Positions 35,605 through 46,626 of a stretch of DNA of 64,000 nucleotides are shown piece after piece. The notes below the pieces were generated by a model. That model searched no databases. It was given only the letters and a program-made list of their open reading frames with translations, and was not told where the DNA came from. The stretch is from an uncultured Ignavibacteria bacterium (GTDB lineage Bacteria > Zixibacteria > MSB-5A5 > UM-FILTER-46-8): contig CAZLVS010000002.1 in assembly GCA_964563085.1 (NCBI GenBank), forward strand, positions 62-64,061, in the 5' to 3' direction. Position 1 is the stretch's first letter; the number at the start of each line of letters is the position of its first letter. The translations under genes were made by a program, and so were the position numbers.

Positions 35605-37032
35605 CTACTTAATTACCGTCATCCGTTTGGTAATTGTATTCCCATCGACGGTAAGCCTGTACAAATAGATTCCCGACGCTTCCCGGGATGCATCCCACGA
35701 AACCGAGTGATTTCCTTGTGACATACTGCGATTCGTCAGCATCTTTACCGATTCACCGAGGAGATTGAATATCTCAAGCTGAACGCTTGCGGCTTCAGGT
35801 ATTGTGAAATCAATTTCGGTTGTCGCATTAAACGGATTGGGACGATTAGTTATGAGGATGAAATCCTCCGGTTTTGCATTTCCCGAATCCGTGAACCAAT
35901 CACTCAAATCCCAGCTTCGAGCCGCGTTTTCAATCTTTGAAGTCACCGTAAACGGGAAGGAAACCTGAGCTGTTGCATCGTCAGGATAATCACCGCAGAA
36001 GGCGATATAATCATAGTCCCCCGCCGGCGCGTATCCCGGCACCTGCTGAACAATGCCTGCTTGAGTCAACGTTTGATAAGCTCCGATATAGATTTCATTA
36101 AAACGGTTCAACGGTCCATACATTCCATAACCGGGCACATCAAGCATTATCCAAATATCCGTGCTTTGCGGTGTATAGGTATTATTAATAAGTACACCCG
36201 TATAAGTGAACGAACCGCCCGCCGGCACTATAATCGGGGGATTATCCGGTATCATGTCTATCGAAAGAACCTGCGAACTCCAGCCGGAAACCGAAGCCAT
36301 CATCCACCACCAGGCTTTTCCCTTTTGATAACAGTTGAAACATTGGGAATGGGCACAACCACAAGAGGGGCAATCGTGAGTTTCACACCAATCATAACAC
36401 CATCCGCAGGCATCGCTCTCATAAGGGTAGTAATTACCATCAGGATCGTAGCTTTCTATGTCCGCAAAATCGAATAAAACCTTTTCGTTGACAGCGCAGT
36501 AGTCGCGTATCTGATTATTCCGCTGGTATAGATTCCCATCGGGACCGGAACCATCGAGGTGACCCGTCATGTAAATAAAGATCACGTCGGGATATTGACC
36601 TTCGAGTTCGTTCATCTTATTAAGATAGATATCTATACCCTCCGGTGTGTTATCGGAAACGCCTCCGCACCAGGAAAACATAGCCATATTACATCCCGGA
36701 TTAGCATCCAGATATTGCCTGGTGTGGGCAACCCAGGATGTATCGCCGTTATGCCCCAGATCGTCACTCCGTTCGTAGAAGTATGGTGGCGTGTAGACAG
36801 GAATTTCATCTTCTAATAAATTAATCCCTGTCATTATCTGGCTTCCGTGGGATGTATGAACATAATAGATATGATAATCATTAGTAATGGAATTTATTAC
36901 ATCCTCCGGGATGAGCTCGAATTCACCGGTTGATAGGTGATCCGCAATAATAGCATCGGCAAACGCCGCATTTGCAGGAATAAAGGAAACAAAAACAATT
37001 AAAAATAGAACCAATAGGCTTCTATTTGTCAT
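35605..37032 (-). CDS. T9SS-secreted protein: N-terminal unknown domain with Cys-rich cluster + shared ~105-aa module + T9SS CTD
   Basis: Signal peptide MTNRSLLVLFLIVFVSFIPANAAFA. Cys cluster CGWCYDWCETHDCPSCGCAHSQCFNCY. Module LSIDMIPDNPPIIVPAGGSFTYTGVLINNTYTPQSTDIWIMLDVPGYGMYGP…YDYIAFCGDYPDDA…FPFTV. CTD …NRPNPFNATTEIDFTIPEAASVQLEIFNLLGESV…SGIYLYRLTVDGNTITKRMTVIK. Confidence 0.7.
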   Translation of the reverse strand: MTNRSLLVLFLIVFVSFIPANAAFADAIIADHLSTGEFELIPEDVINSITNDYHIYYVHTSHGSQIMTGINLLEDEIPVYTPPYFYERSDDLGHNGDTSWVAHTRQYLDANPGCNMAMFSWCGGVSDNTPEGIDIYLNKMNELEGQYPDVIFIYMTGHLDGSGPDGNLYQRNNQIRDYCAVNEKVLFDFADIESYDPDGNYYPYESDACGWCYDWCETHDCPSCGCAHSQCFNCYQKGKAWWWMMASVSGWSSQVLSIDMIPDNPPIIVPAGGSFTYTGVLINNTYTPQSTDIWIMLDVPGYGMYGPLNRFNEIYIGAYQTLTQAGIVQQVPGYAPAGDYDYIAFCGDYPDDATAQVSFPFTVTSKIENAARSWDLSDWFTDSGNAKPEDFILITNRPNPFNATTEIDFTIPEAASVQLEIFNLLGESVKMLTNRSMSQGNHSVSWDASREASGIYLYRLTVDGNTITKRMTVIK

Positions 37033-37251
37033 TATGACTCCTCCTGTTTCAGATTGATTGGGATTTCCATTTTGCTCTCTAACCTAAATTTCAATTCATT
37101 CGAAGATAATTCAATTCAGATTCTTTGAAGTATTTCTGAAATTCCTTTTAATAGTATCATAAACAGCGAGGAATTCAAGGGAATTATGTGAGGCGGAAAT
37201 TATTTCCGGTTTTACGCAGCGCTTTTCGTTCAGGATTGGATGGTATCAATC

Positions 37252-38394
<1,143 letters not shown>

Positions 38395-38428
38395 TCATTA
38401 TCCGTAAATCTAAGCAGTTATGGTTTAG

Positions 38429-38586
38429 CCTGGATTATTCGTAAATTTGGAAATCGGAAGCGGAAGCCTTGTGCTTCCGGGGTTTCTCTGTAATCTTCTA
38501 TTCCAATCTGTAAATGCTCTATTTTTTATAAATCCCCGAAGGAATAGCCTTCGGTTACCGAATATCAGACTTTATGAATTATATAG
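38429..38586 (+). repeat. ~155-bp intergenic repeat element, copy 8 (more diverged)
   Basis: cctggattattcgtaaat…cggaagccttgtgcttccgg…ccccgaaggaatagccttcggttaccg…tttatgaattatat. Confidence 0.7.
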
Positions 38587-38699
38587 GATAAATATATCAT
38601 GTCTGTTAAATCCAGGCAATGACTCAATATCGGAAAATGGGAATGTATACCGATTATGACAAAAACAAACCGGCGGACGAGGATGTCTGACCGCACCCA

Positions 38700-38860
38700 A
38701 GAGTGCCGTCCCCCGAAGTCATTGCGAGGAGCATAGCGACGAAGCAATCCACATACTCCGTAGCCGAAGCCTTGCCCTTCGGGATCACAGAACTATGTGC
38801 TGTCGGGTCACCGCACGCGTCATTGCGAGCAAAGCGAAGGCGACGTAGGACGGGTTCCGG
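38700..38860. repeat. pair of gtcattgcgag(c/g)a…agcga direct repeats flanking an inverted fragment of the ~155-bp element
   Basis: gtcattgcgaggagcatagcgacgaagcaatcc (38713-38745) and gtcattgcgagcaaagcgaaggcgacg (38820-38846). Between them ccgtagccgaagccttgcccttcggg is the reverse complement of the hairpin-2 segment of the repeat. Confidence 0.5.
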
Positions 38861-39438
38861 AATTCGGCGATAGCCGAATGGAGAAACCCGACACACTTGC
38901 TAAACGCCAAGCGTCCCATAGAGGATAGAGCTCGAAGGCATACTTCGGCCTTTTTGCATAACATTTAGTTCCCCGATCGGGAATATCCCCATTCCGAAAA
39001 TAATCACGTATGCTGAAAATAATCCGCAAGATATCCGCACTAAAACAAACTTAAGTTATGGATCAATGTAACAAAGCATTTCGAAACCGTTAATCCATAG
39101 CCTTAATAGGAAGAATGCTATGAAAGAAATTACTCGCTATAAGCCTATTACTCATTGGACTGAAACTATGTTAGGGTGGAATTTCCGCGTGGCGGTTTCA
39201 TTGCGGTATAATGCGAGGTTTGTCCATAAGCGCCAAAATTGTAGAAACACAAAAACATGAAAAGTCTGCAAGATTTATCGCTTTTAGCGAATTGTAATAG
39301 TTTGGAGTGAACCCAAATCTGTTTGGAGGTGAGTTAAGGAAATGAATAATTACAGGGATTCCCCCGGATATTGTCCTAATCGTGTAAAATGGGGGCGAAG
39401 GAAATTTGAGGTACTAATTTAATAATAAGGAGTTTAAG

Positions 39439-40461
39439 ATGTTAAGGAAATTAATTACATTATTATTAGCAATAATCATGGTGATTTTTGTTATTGGAAT
39501 GGCTCAAGCCACGGTTTATTCCTGCCGTGCTTTTCTTGAATATGAACTTGACCACTCCGGTATTCACGTAGAGTTCGAAGGTAACTGGGGTCATTACATC
39601 TGCCGCGGACTGTATGAGCATACATACACAGTCGAAAACGGTTATTGGATCTTAGAGTTTCCGTCTTGTTGGTACGACGTGTGCCTTACACCACCGGACA
39701 CAGCAAAGTGGGAAACCCTTTGCTGGGAAAATTCATATTTCCCGCCAGGGACCTATGACTGTCTTGAAAACGGCAAATGGGATACATTATGGGCTAAATT
39801 ACCGAGATTCGATATTGTTATGCATCCATATGATCCGCCGGTTGTAGTTCCACAATGCGGAAGCTTCAGGTATACTGGCATACTCAAAAATAATTATGGT
39901 ATGCCCGGTACTGTAGATGTCTGGATCGAAATCGGCGGACTATATGAAGCTAGGAAATTTTTGAATATTCCCATTGAAGGAAATCAAGAGATAATAGTCG
40001 AAAATATACGTCAAAGAGTCCCATGCTGGGTTCCACCCGATGTATATAGTTATTGCGTGTATGTCGGTGATTATCCTGATGATGTTATCGATTCTTACTG
40101 CTTCAATTTTACAGTCACGGAAGCGTTTGCCGGAGGCGGCGGAGTAAATGAATGGCAAGTTGATGCTTGGTTTGATTACGAAGCCGTATCAAAATCTTCA
40201 ACAACAAGCGTTTTGAGCAATACTCCCAATCCCTTCAACGCCACGACATCAATTATGTTTAATCTCACCGAGGAAACTGAGGTTAAGCTGGAGGTCTATG
40301 ACCTGCTGGGACGGAGGGTAGCAACGTTGGCGGATGGCGCTTACAACGCCGGCGAACATTCGGTCACCTGGGACGCTTCGGACTATTCCAGCGGTGTTTA
40401 TTTCTACCGGCTGGAAGCGGGCGATGAGGTGTTTACTAAACGTATGACTTTGCTTAAGTAG
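39439..40461 (+). CDS. T9SS-secreted protein: Cys-containing N-domain + shared ~105-aa module + T9SS CTD
   Basis: Signal peptide MLRKLITLLLAIIMVIFVIGMAQA. Module DIVMHPYDPPVVVPQCGSFRYTGILKNN…VDVWIEIGGLYE…YSYCVYVGDYPDDV…FNFTV. CTD …NTPNPFNATTSIMFNLTEETEVKLEVYDLLGRRVATL…SGVYFYRLEAGDEVFTKRMTLLK. Confidence 0.7.
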   Translation: MLRKLITLLLAIIMVIFVIGMAQATVYSCRAFLEYELDHSGIHVEFEGNWGHYICRGLYEHTYTVENGYWILEFPSCWYDVCLTPPDTAKWETLCWENSYFPPGTYDCLENGKWDTLWAKLPRFDIVMHPYDPPVVVPQCGSFRYTGILKNNYGMPGTVDVWIEIGGLYEARKFLNIPIEGNQEIIVENIRQRVPCWVPPDVYSYCVYVGDYPDDVIDSYCFNFTVTEAFAGGGGVNEWQVDAWFDYEAVSKSSTTSVLSNTPNPFNATTSIMFNLTEETEVKLEVYDLLGRRVATLADGAYNAGEHSVTWDASDYSSGVYFYRLEAGDEVFTKRMTLLK

Positions 40462-40540
40462 GGGAAAATATTATCCGGGTGGAACATTTCCGCCCGGGTA
40501 ATTGTAAGATGAATAGGAGGTATAACTAAAGGAGGATGCT

Positions 40541-41206
40541 ATGTATGTACGTTCGGTTTTTCTAACAGTGTTCCTGTGTGTGGGAATAATTTCATTAGCG
40601 GGGGCAAATCCGAGACCGGATACAACAGGAGGGTTTATTTTGGGTTACGCCTTTTTGGAGGATGGAGGGGAGTCCCCGGTTAGAGTGGATTTTGTATACC
40701 AATCAAATTCCTTACCTCATCAAGATTCTACAATCTTTACGATCACCGATTACTCCGGGTATTTCGAATTCTATTTCACCTGGACTGAAGCGGCCACTGA
40801 TTTCCTGTTGAAGTATTCACGTCGCGGATATCTGAGTGAAACAAGGTATTCCGATTATGTACCGGTGTGGTATAACGGGGAGTACTGGCGAATGGATTTT
40901 TCAACGGTAACTCTGGAATGTGATGATCGAATGGTGATAGGTGATGATCGAATACGGATAGGAAATGATCCCAATCCATTCAATCCCGCTACGTCTATCG
41001 AATTCGTTTTACCGGCGCAAGCTAATGTAAAGCTCGAGATATATGACATCATGGGGCGGAAAGTGGCTGCACTGGCGGACGGCGCTTACGATGCCGGCAG
41101 GCATACAGTGAGTTGGGATGCTTCGGATCAATCCAGCGGGGTTTATTTCTACCGGCTGGAAGCGGGTGATAAGGTCGTTACGAAACGGATGACGCTGTTG
41201 AAGTAA
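40541..41206 (+). CDS. small T9SS-secreted protein (carboxypeptidase-regulatory-like core?) with 5' and 3' ends near-identical to the next gene
   Basis: RBS aaaggagga. Signal MYVRSVFLTVFLCVGIISLAGANP. CTD …DPNPFNPATSIEFVLPAQANVKLEIYDIMGRKVAALADGAYDAGRHTVSWDASDQSSGVYFYRLEAGDKVVTKRMTLLK. Confidence 0.65.
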   Translation: MYVRSVFLTVFLCVGIISLAGANPRPDTTGGFILGYAFLEDGGESPVRVDFVYQSNSLPHQDSTIFTITDYSGYFEFYFTWTEAATDFLLKYSRRGYLSETRYSDYVPVWYNGEYWRMDFSTVTLECDDRMVIGDDRIRIGNDPNPFNPATSIEFVLPAQANVKLEIYDIMGRKVAALADGAYDAGRHTVSWDASDQSSGVYFYRLEAGDKVVTKRMTLLK

Positions 41207-41217
41207 AGGAGTAACGG

Positions 41218-41249
41218 GTTGTTCGGATGGAATGCTCCATCCGAACAAC
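41218..41249 (+). terminator. 13-bp perfect hairpin (gttgttcggatgg aatgct ccatccgaacaac) between the two tandem cargo genes
   Basis: Seen directly. No T-tract. Confidence 0.4.
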
Positions 41250-41288
41250 TGCTTAATCAGATAAGAGGTACTACAAAAGGAGGATGCT

Positions 41289-42242
41289 ATGTATGTACGT
41301 TCGGTTTTTCTAACAGTGTTCCTGTGTGTAGGAATAGTTTCATTAGCGGGGGCAAATCCGCTTCCCGGTAATCCAGTGGAGTACAATGTGGATATTTTAT
41401 ATCCAACGGACGACGCTCGAATTAAAATGAGTAAGCCGGATACGAATTACGGCTCGAATTCAAATCTTTGGATAAGGAATAGATATGGGTCGCCATACCA
41501 TCCGGACCACTGGGAAAGCGACGCACTGCTGAAATTCGACTTATCCAATCTTCCCCCCGATGCAAACATAAACTCGGCGACTTTGAATATGTACTATTAT
41601 TACTGGAAAGATAACAATCCCACCGGGAGGGAGTTAACGGCGTATAAGATCATCGAAGACTGGGATGAAATGACGGTTACCTTCAATAACCAGCCATCTA
41701 CTGCGCCGGAACTGTCAGCGAGTTCGACCGTGCCTGCCGATTACGGTTGGATGAGCTGGGATGTTTCCGAAGACGTCCAGGATTATGTCAATGGACAGAC
41801 TGAGAATTATGGGTGGAAAATCATGGATGAGGAGTACTGGGGGCAGTACAATATCCCCAGGATATATTTCTACACGAAAGAGTGGGAGACTGCCGAGTTC
41901 ATTCCTTTTCTCGAAATCAGCTACTCAGGGGAGGAGCCAACGTCTATATCCATTGAGATGGCTCCCCATGATAATCCCGCTGCAGTCCAGCTTCACGCTA
42001 ATTATCCCAATCCGTTCAATCCCGCTACGTCTATCGAATTCGTTTTACCGGCGCAAGCTAATGTAAAGCTCGAGATATATGACATCATGGGGCGGAAAGT
42101 GGCTGCACTGGCGGACGGCGCTTACGATGCCGGCAGGCATACAGTGAGTTGGGATGCTTCGGATCAATCCAGCGGGGTTTATTTCTACCGGCTGGAAGCG
42201 GGTGATAAGGTCGTTACGAAACGGATGACGCTGTTGAAGTAA
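41289..42242 (+). CDS. T9SS-secreted DNRLRE-domain protein
   Basis: Signal MYVRSVFLTVFLCVGIVSLAGANP. Core …DDARIKMSKPDTNYGSNSNLWIRN…ALLKFDLSNLPPDANINSATLNMYYYY…TVTFNNQPS… matches the DNRLRE-domain pattern (sDxxyGsxxxLxV.…LLkFDLSsLP.ga.ItsAtLxLy…wxEstVTwNNqP). CTD identical to the previous gene over ~235 nt. Confidence 0.65.
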   Translation: MYVRSVFLTVFLCVGIVSLAGANPLPGNPVEYNVDILYPTDDARIKMSKPDTNYGSNSNLWIRNRYGSPYHPDHWESDALLKFDLSNLPPDANINSATLNMYYYYWKDNNPTGRELTAYKIIEDWDEMTVTFNNQPSTAPELSASSTVPADYGWMSWDVSEDVQDYVNGQTENYGWKIMDEEYWGQYNIPRIYFYTKEWETAEFIPFLEISYSGEEPTSISIEMAPHDNPAAVQLHANYPNPFNPATSIEFVLPAQANVKLEIYDIMGRKVAALADGAYDAGRHTVSWDASDQSSGVYFYRLEAGDKVVTKRMTLLK

Positions 42243-42388
42243 GTCTGTGGGTTTATTTTGCCGTCGGGCGTTCTCACCCGATCCCGATTTTATCTGGGCG
42301 CCAGGTCGAATGACCTGGCGCCGCTTTTCGGTGCTGTCGGGCTCCTGCAAATGTGGCGTCGGGCCGCCGCACCCGACAGATTCATATT

Positions 42389-44662
42389 TTATTTAAGCAG
42401 CGTCATCCGCTTGGTGATTACATTGTCGCCAGCGCTTAGCTTATAGAAATAAACTCCGCTGGAGAAGCTGGCAGCATCCCAGGTTACAGTATGCTGTCCG
42501 GCAACCTTATTGCCGTTCACCAGTGTAGCGACTCTCTGTCCCATCAAGTTGTACACTTCCAAACTTACTTCCCCGGCTTCCGGCAAGCTAAAGCTGATAT
42601 TGGTGGAAGCATTGAACGGATTAGGATAGTTGGTCTGCAATCCATACTCGGTAGGAATAATTTCGCTTCCGAAGAACTCGCCTTCGATCGACCATTCGGC
42701 GGCGCCGTCAGCGATCCTGGCTCCTGCCACCGTGAACGGGAAAGAGGCGCTGTCGCAGACCTCATCGGGGCGATCGCCGCAATATGCCATATAGGTGTAT
42801 GTACCCAAGGGCGCAAATCCCGGCACATTCTGCCACGTATGCGCAGTCATCGACTCGCCCGGGTCTAACGGGATATTATTGAACGCAAACTGCTGGAAGA
42901 AATCACCCAGGTAGATCACTCCGCCCCAGACGTCCGTGGTAATCGGGTCATCGGTAGGATTACCGATGTAGCCGGTTAAACCGAAGCGGCCGCCCGGTTC
43001 AACTATAACGGGGTCATCGTCGGGAGTCATATCAACATCGCAGCAGGGTCCGCATTCCAGACCGCAATAGCCGTACCAGGTTCCGCCGGGACCGTCGGTT
43101 CCGGTAAAGAGTTTTTCACAGGTTACCGACAGAGTCCATCCCCAGCTGCTCGACCAACCGTTAGGAATGTTGAAAGTCTCAACATAAGTGCCGTCAAACT
43201 CATAGACATGAACGTCACCGCCGTCTTCCCATGTGAACAGGTTACAGCCGTTGGTGGCGATGCAGAATTCGAATCCCCAACCGTTGGTGGTAAATCCATA
43301 CATGGTATCCACCAGCTCGCAGGTTTCGAAATCAATTACCCAGACTGTGCCTCCGCTATGCTCGTACATTAAATTAGCAGCGGGATCGTAACATACTTTA
43401 GCCTGATAATCATGGAATACTCCGCTGCAAACAAGGTTGTATGTGCCGGCTTCCGGATCTATCTGATAGAGGTCAGTTCCATAAATCTTCACGTAGAATT
43501 GACCGTCATTCGGGTTGAAGAAGATAGCCCTCATGTCCAGCGTCAAGCTGACCTGACCCAGACTATTGCCTTCCAGATCGAATTTCTCCACAGCGCCCAG
43601 ACTGCTGATGCCGCCATTGACGGAGTACATATACTCATCGTTACACGCTATGGACATCAAGGTGACGTCGAGGCTGTTTGTAAAGGTCATGCATTCTTCC
43701 GGAGTATAATCGAGTATATCGCTTACCTGCGATTCATTAGCCGGTGAGAGCGCATAACTCGGGGATGCCGCAGTATTCACCATAGCGGCTTCCCATCCAC
43801 CTTCAATCGCCCAGTTCTCGGCGCCGTTTCTAAAGGAACCCGCGGTTACCGTGAACTCAAACATAGCGGAATCGCAAGCCTCGGGTTTCTCCCCGGAAAA
43901 GGCGATATAGGTATAGGTACCGGAAGGGGCAAATACCGGTACGCTCTGATTAAGATGAGCGGATAATTCCTCTCCGGGATCAAGCGGTATGTTGCCGAAA
44001 TTCCAGAGCTGGAAAAAATCACCCAGGTAGATAACTCCCACCCATACATCTGTAACGATCGGATCGGGATTGGGATTGGCGATATAACCGGTCAATCCGA
44101 AAGTACCGCCGGGCGGAACCATCACGGGATCATCATCGGGAACCATATCCACATCGCTGCAGAGTGTTTCCTCATATTCGAAGTCATCGATGGTATAGAA
44201 ATTTCCGGAATTATGCATCAACACATAGTCTATGCCATCGGCATTAATTTCCAGAAAGTCGTTCTGTCCGTAGTTATCTGGTCCCGATATCGATGCTAAC
44301 AGATTGTCATCGGAATCATATCCTTCCAGGTAAAACATAGAACCGGTTCCCGCGGTATACCAAACGCCTACATGGTTGGTCGGATCTTCAAAGTCGACCC
44401 TGATAGTGTTATCCGAATCGGTAAAAAGCACCTGGTTTCCCGAATGCGGCGGGTAGCCGGTATTGTTATATCCATAGACAACAGATTCAAGGATTGTCGC
44501 ATCGGGACCGAAAAACAGTCCTTCATAAAAGTCGCCCAGGTTTTGATCGCCGCCGAAATACCAATAGGTTTCGGGTACGTCCTCAAGATCGAGAACGGTC
44601 AACGCGTTTACTGTTCCAAAGGCAAACAGAACAATACAGATAGTTGTTAAAACACTTTTCAT
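42389..44662 (-). CDS. large T9SS-secreted protein with two copies of the shared ~105-aa module, a central beta-propeller-like region and T9SS CTD
   Basis: Signal MKSVLTTICIVLFAFGTVNA. Module copies VDMVPDDDPVMVPPGGTFGLTGYIANP…DVWVGVIYLGDF…YTYIAFSGEKPE…FEFTV and VDMTPDDDPVIVEPGGRFGLTGYIGNP…DVWGGVIYLGDF…YTYMAYCGDRPD…FPFTV. CTD …NYPNPFNASTNISFSLPEAGEVSLEVYNLMGQRVATL…SGVYFYKLSAGDNVITKRMTLLK. Confidence 0.7.
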   Translation of the reverse strand: MKSVLTTICIVLFAFGTVNALTVLDLEDVPETYWYFGGDQNLGDFYEGLFFGPDATILESVVYGYNNTGYPPHSGNQVLFTDSDNTIRVDFEDPTNHVGVWYTAGTGSMFYLEGYDSDDNLLASISGPDNYGQNDFLEINADGIDYVLMHNSGNFYTIDDFEYEETLCSDVDMVPDDDPVMVPPGGTFGLTGYIANPNPDPIVTDVWVGVIYLGDFFQLWNFGNIPLDPGEELSAHLNQSVPVFAPSGTYTYIAFSGEKPEACDSAMFEFTVTAGSFRNGAENWAIEGGWEAAMVNTAASPSYALSPANESQVSDILDYTPEECMTFTNSLDVTLMSIACNDEYMYSVNGGISSLGAVEKFDLEGNSLGQVSLTLDMRAIFFNPNDGQFYVKIYGTDLYQIDPEAGTYNLVCSGVFHDYQAKVCYDPAANLMYEHSGGTVWVIDFETCELVDTMYGFTTNGWGFEFCIATNGCNLFTWEDGGDVHVYEFDGTYVETFNIPNGWSSSWGWTLSVTCEKLFTGTDGPGGTWYGYCGLECGPCCDVDMTPDDDPVIVEPGGRFGLTGYIGNPTDDPITTDVWGGVIYLGDFFQQFAFNNIPLDPGESMTAHTWQNVPGFAPLGTYTYMAYCGDRPDEVCDSASFPFTVAGARIADGAAEWSIEGEFFGSEIIPTEYGLQTNYPNPFNASTNISFSLPEAGEVSLEVYNLMGQRVATLVNGNKVAGQHTVTWDAASFSSGVYFYKLSAGDNVITKRMTLLK

Positions 44663-45002
44663 AATTACTCCTGATTGAATAAATGTTTGGATTAAGAAAT
44701 CGATCCAACAACGGAAATACGTTATAACTCCTCCTTTCGATTATCAAAATTACAGCAGATTACTCTCGAAGTTACTTTTAGCGCGGAAAATACCATTCTA
44801 TATTTCACGAGCTATTGATATCACTTTTGAAAGAACACAACGCAAGCGTTGATCTGAAGACCTATTGGAAATATATTATAAAAATTAGCCCTTTATTCAT
44901 AAAAGTCAAGCGATATTTATAATAGCCGGGTATGGTAATCGTTATTTTAATAATAGATGGGGAATTAGAAACGATGCTCAGACTACCTGATTACAGGATA
45001 TT

Positions 45003-45713
45003 TTATCCGAATTGACCTATTTTCCTGGCATTTTCAATTACTTCAACTGCGGATGAAAATCCTTTTTCTCCCACAGCACAGAACCAACCCATTTTCGAAG
45101 CATATTTCCGGAGTTTTCTCCCTGGTTCAACTGGAAGCGGCAGAGTGACCTTATCCAAGAGGAATCTATCATTCCAATGATCGGCTAAGGCTGCGGTTCC
45201 ATCCCAGCCTCGGCCTTGTTTCCGCAGCCACAGGTCTATCACTCCGACTTTCACAATCCCCCTGGGGTGAGGTGAGGTCAGCCTTCCGGTATAAACTTCA
45301 CTTTCAGTCTCAGGCTCCGCTGCCAGGACATCGTCGATAGCCAGATTTCTGCCCAGTATTTCCGCGAGCGGTTTCGGTGTTCCCGACACTAAAATTTGCT
45401 TGTAGCCTGATTTATGCAGCCGATTGACCGCTGGTATCACGCCATGTTTAATTTCTGCGCGGATAACCTGTTTCCAGCAGGAACTAATCCACTGCTCCAC
45501 AGCACATTCGGTTTTCCCCTTCAAGTAGGCTAATTTGAGTTGATAAAAATGATTAGCTGAGCCTTTTAATATTAAACTGAGTACATTTGAGGCTATACTA
45601 CTCCAGCTTATATATCGCTTTCCGAGGAGATACCCGATAAAGTGCCTTTCAAGGCTGCTATGGACAATGGTGCCATCTATATCCCAAATAACTAAAGGCT
45701 CAGGCATTATCAT
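45003..45713 (-). CDS. HAD-superfamily hydrolase (HAD-IB/phosphoserine-phosphatase-like)
   Basis: Motif I VIWDIDGTIV (DxDGT). Downstream motifs (…VSGTP…, GDxxND-like region not fully clear). Start overlaps the upstream CDP-alcohol transferase gene. Confidence 0.55.
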   Translation of the reverse strand: MIMPEPLVIWDIDGTIVHSSLERHFIGYLLGKRYISWSSIASNVLSLILKGSANHFYQLKLAYLKGKTECAVEQWISSCWKQVIRAEIKHGVIPAVNRLHKSGYKQILVSGTPKPLAEILGRNLAIDDVLAAEPETESEVYTGRLTSPHPRGIVKVGVIDLWLRKQGRGWDGTAALADHWNDRFLLDKVTLPLPVEPGRKLRKYASKMGWFCAVGEKGFSSAVEVIENARKIGQFG

Positions 45714-46350
45714 CTTCCCGTCTAACTAATTCGACACCTTCTATAACCACGGGCGCGCCCCTCACCAAACACATGACAGCGGCTACGACTGCGCACCAAA
45801 ATCCGAATTCCATTCCGGCTGGAATCCAGGTAGTTGGAATCGACGGCAATTGAGCAGCTATTTTATCCAAAATTGATAAAAATAGCAGCCAGCCGAAGGT
45901 AAAGGCTTTGATAAATGCGTAGGATGCTCTCATAAATGGCGATCCGGTGAGAAATTTGGCGATTTTTGATTGCTGCATTGTCTTCTCACCGAATCCGGAA
46001 TAGCCAAACCGCAAAGCGTAAGCTCTAATGCTATCGGTTAATATGCCGCGTGAGATTACTAAAATAGGTATCCAAATAGGGATCAGACGTAAATCGGCTA
46101 ATATAATCCACATGACGCTCTCGAATATCCTGTCTGCAGCGATATCCAATATACTCCCCAGAGTAGTAGCCTGGTTCAGTTTTCGCGCCAGGTGACCATC
46201 GAGCCAGTCACCGACAACCACCAAAACGGCAATAGTCGCCGCAATCGCCCTTTCCCAGATTGTATTACCATACACCAGGATAGCCAGGGCGAAAACCAAT
46301 CCCAAGCGAAAAACTGTAATGAAATTGGGCAGGTTAATTAACAAAGACAT
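45700..46350 (-). CDS. CDP-alcohol phosphatidyltransferase family protein
   Basis: Signature DGHLARKLNQATTLGSILDIAADRI = D-G-x2-A-R-x8-G-x3-D-x3-D. About 6 TM helices. Start placed at ATG 46350 preceded by aggagg RBS; the tool ORF extends to 46470. Confidence 0.7.
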   Translation of the reverse strand: MSLLINLPNFITVFRLGLVFALAILVYGNTIWERAIAATIAVLVVVGDWLDGHLARKLNQATTLGSILDIAADRIFESVMWIILADLRLIPIWIPILVISRGILTDSIRAYALRFGYSGFGEKTMQQSKIAKFLTGSPFMRASYAFIKAFTFGWLLFLSILDKIAAQLPSIPTTWIPAGMEFGFWCAVVAAVMCLVRGAPVVIEGVELVRREDDNA

Positions 46351-46626
46351 CTTACCTCCTGAGATGAGCTGGAAGGAACTGTTTTTAGGGGTAATCTTAC
46401 TGCAAAATCGCAAATTATACAATATTTTATATTTTATAAAACTGATACTGTTCCCTATCATCTTCGCCAAATAATTTTTCTCCGGTGGTGCGTCAAAACT
46501 TCAAAAAGTAAACCGATTACTATAATGTAAATTGTTAGCCCATTTTAATGCGAAATATTCCAATAGCGCGATATTTATAACATTATCACAGGCTTAATAA
46601 ATCAAGAACAGGGGGAGGAGCGAAAC

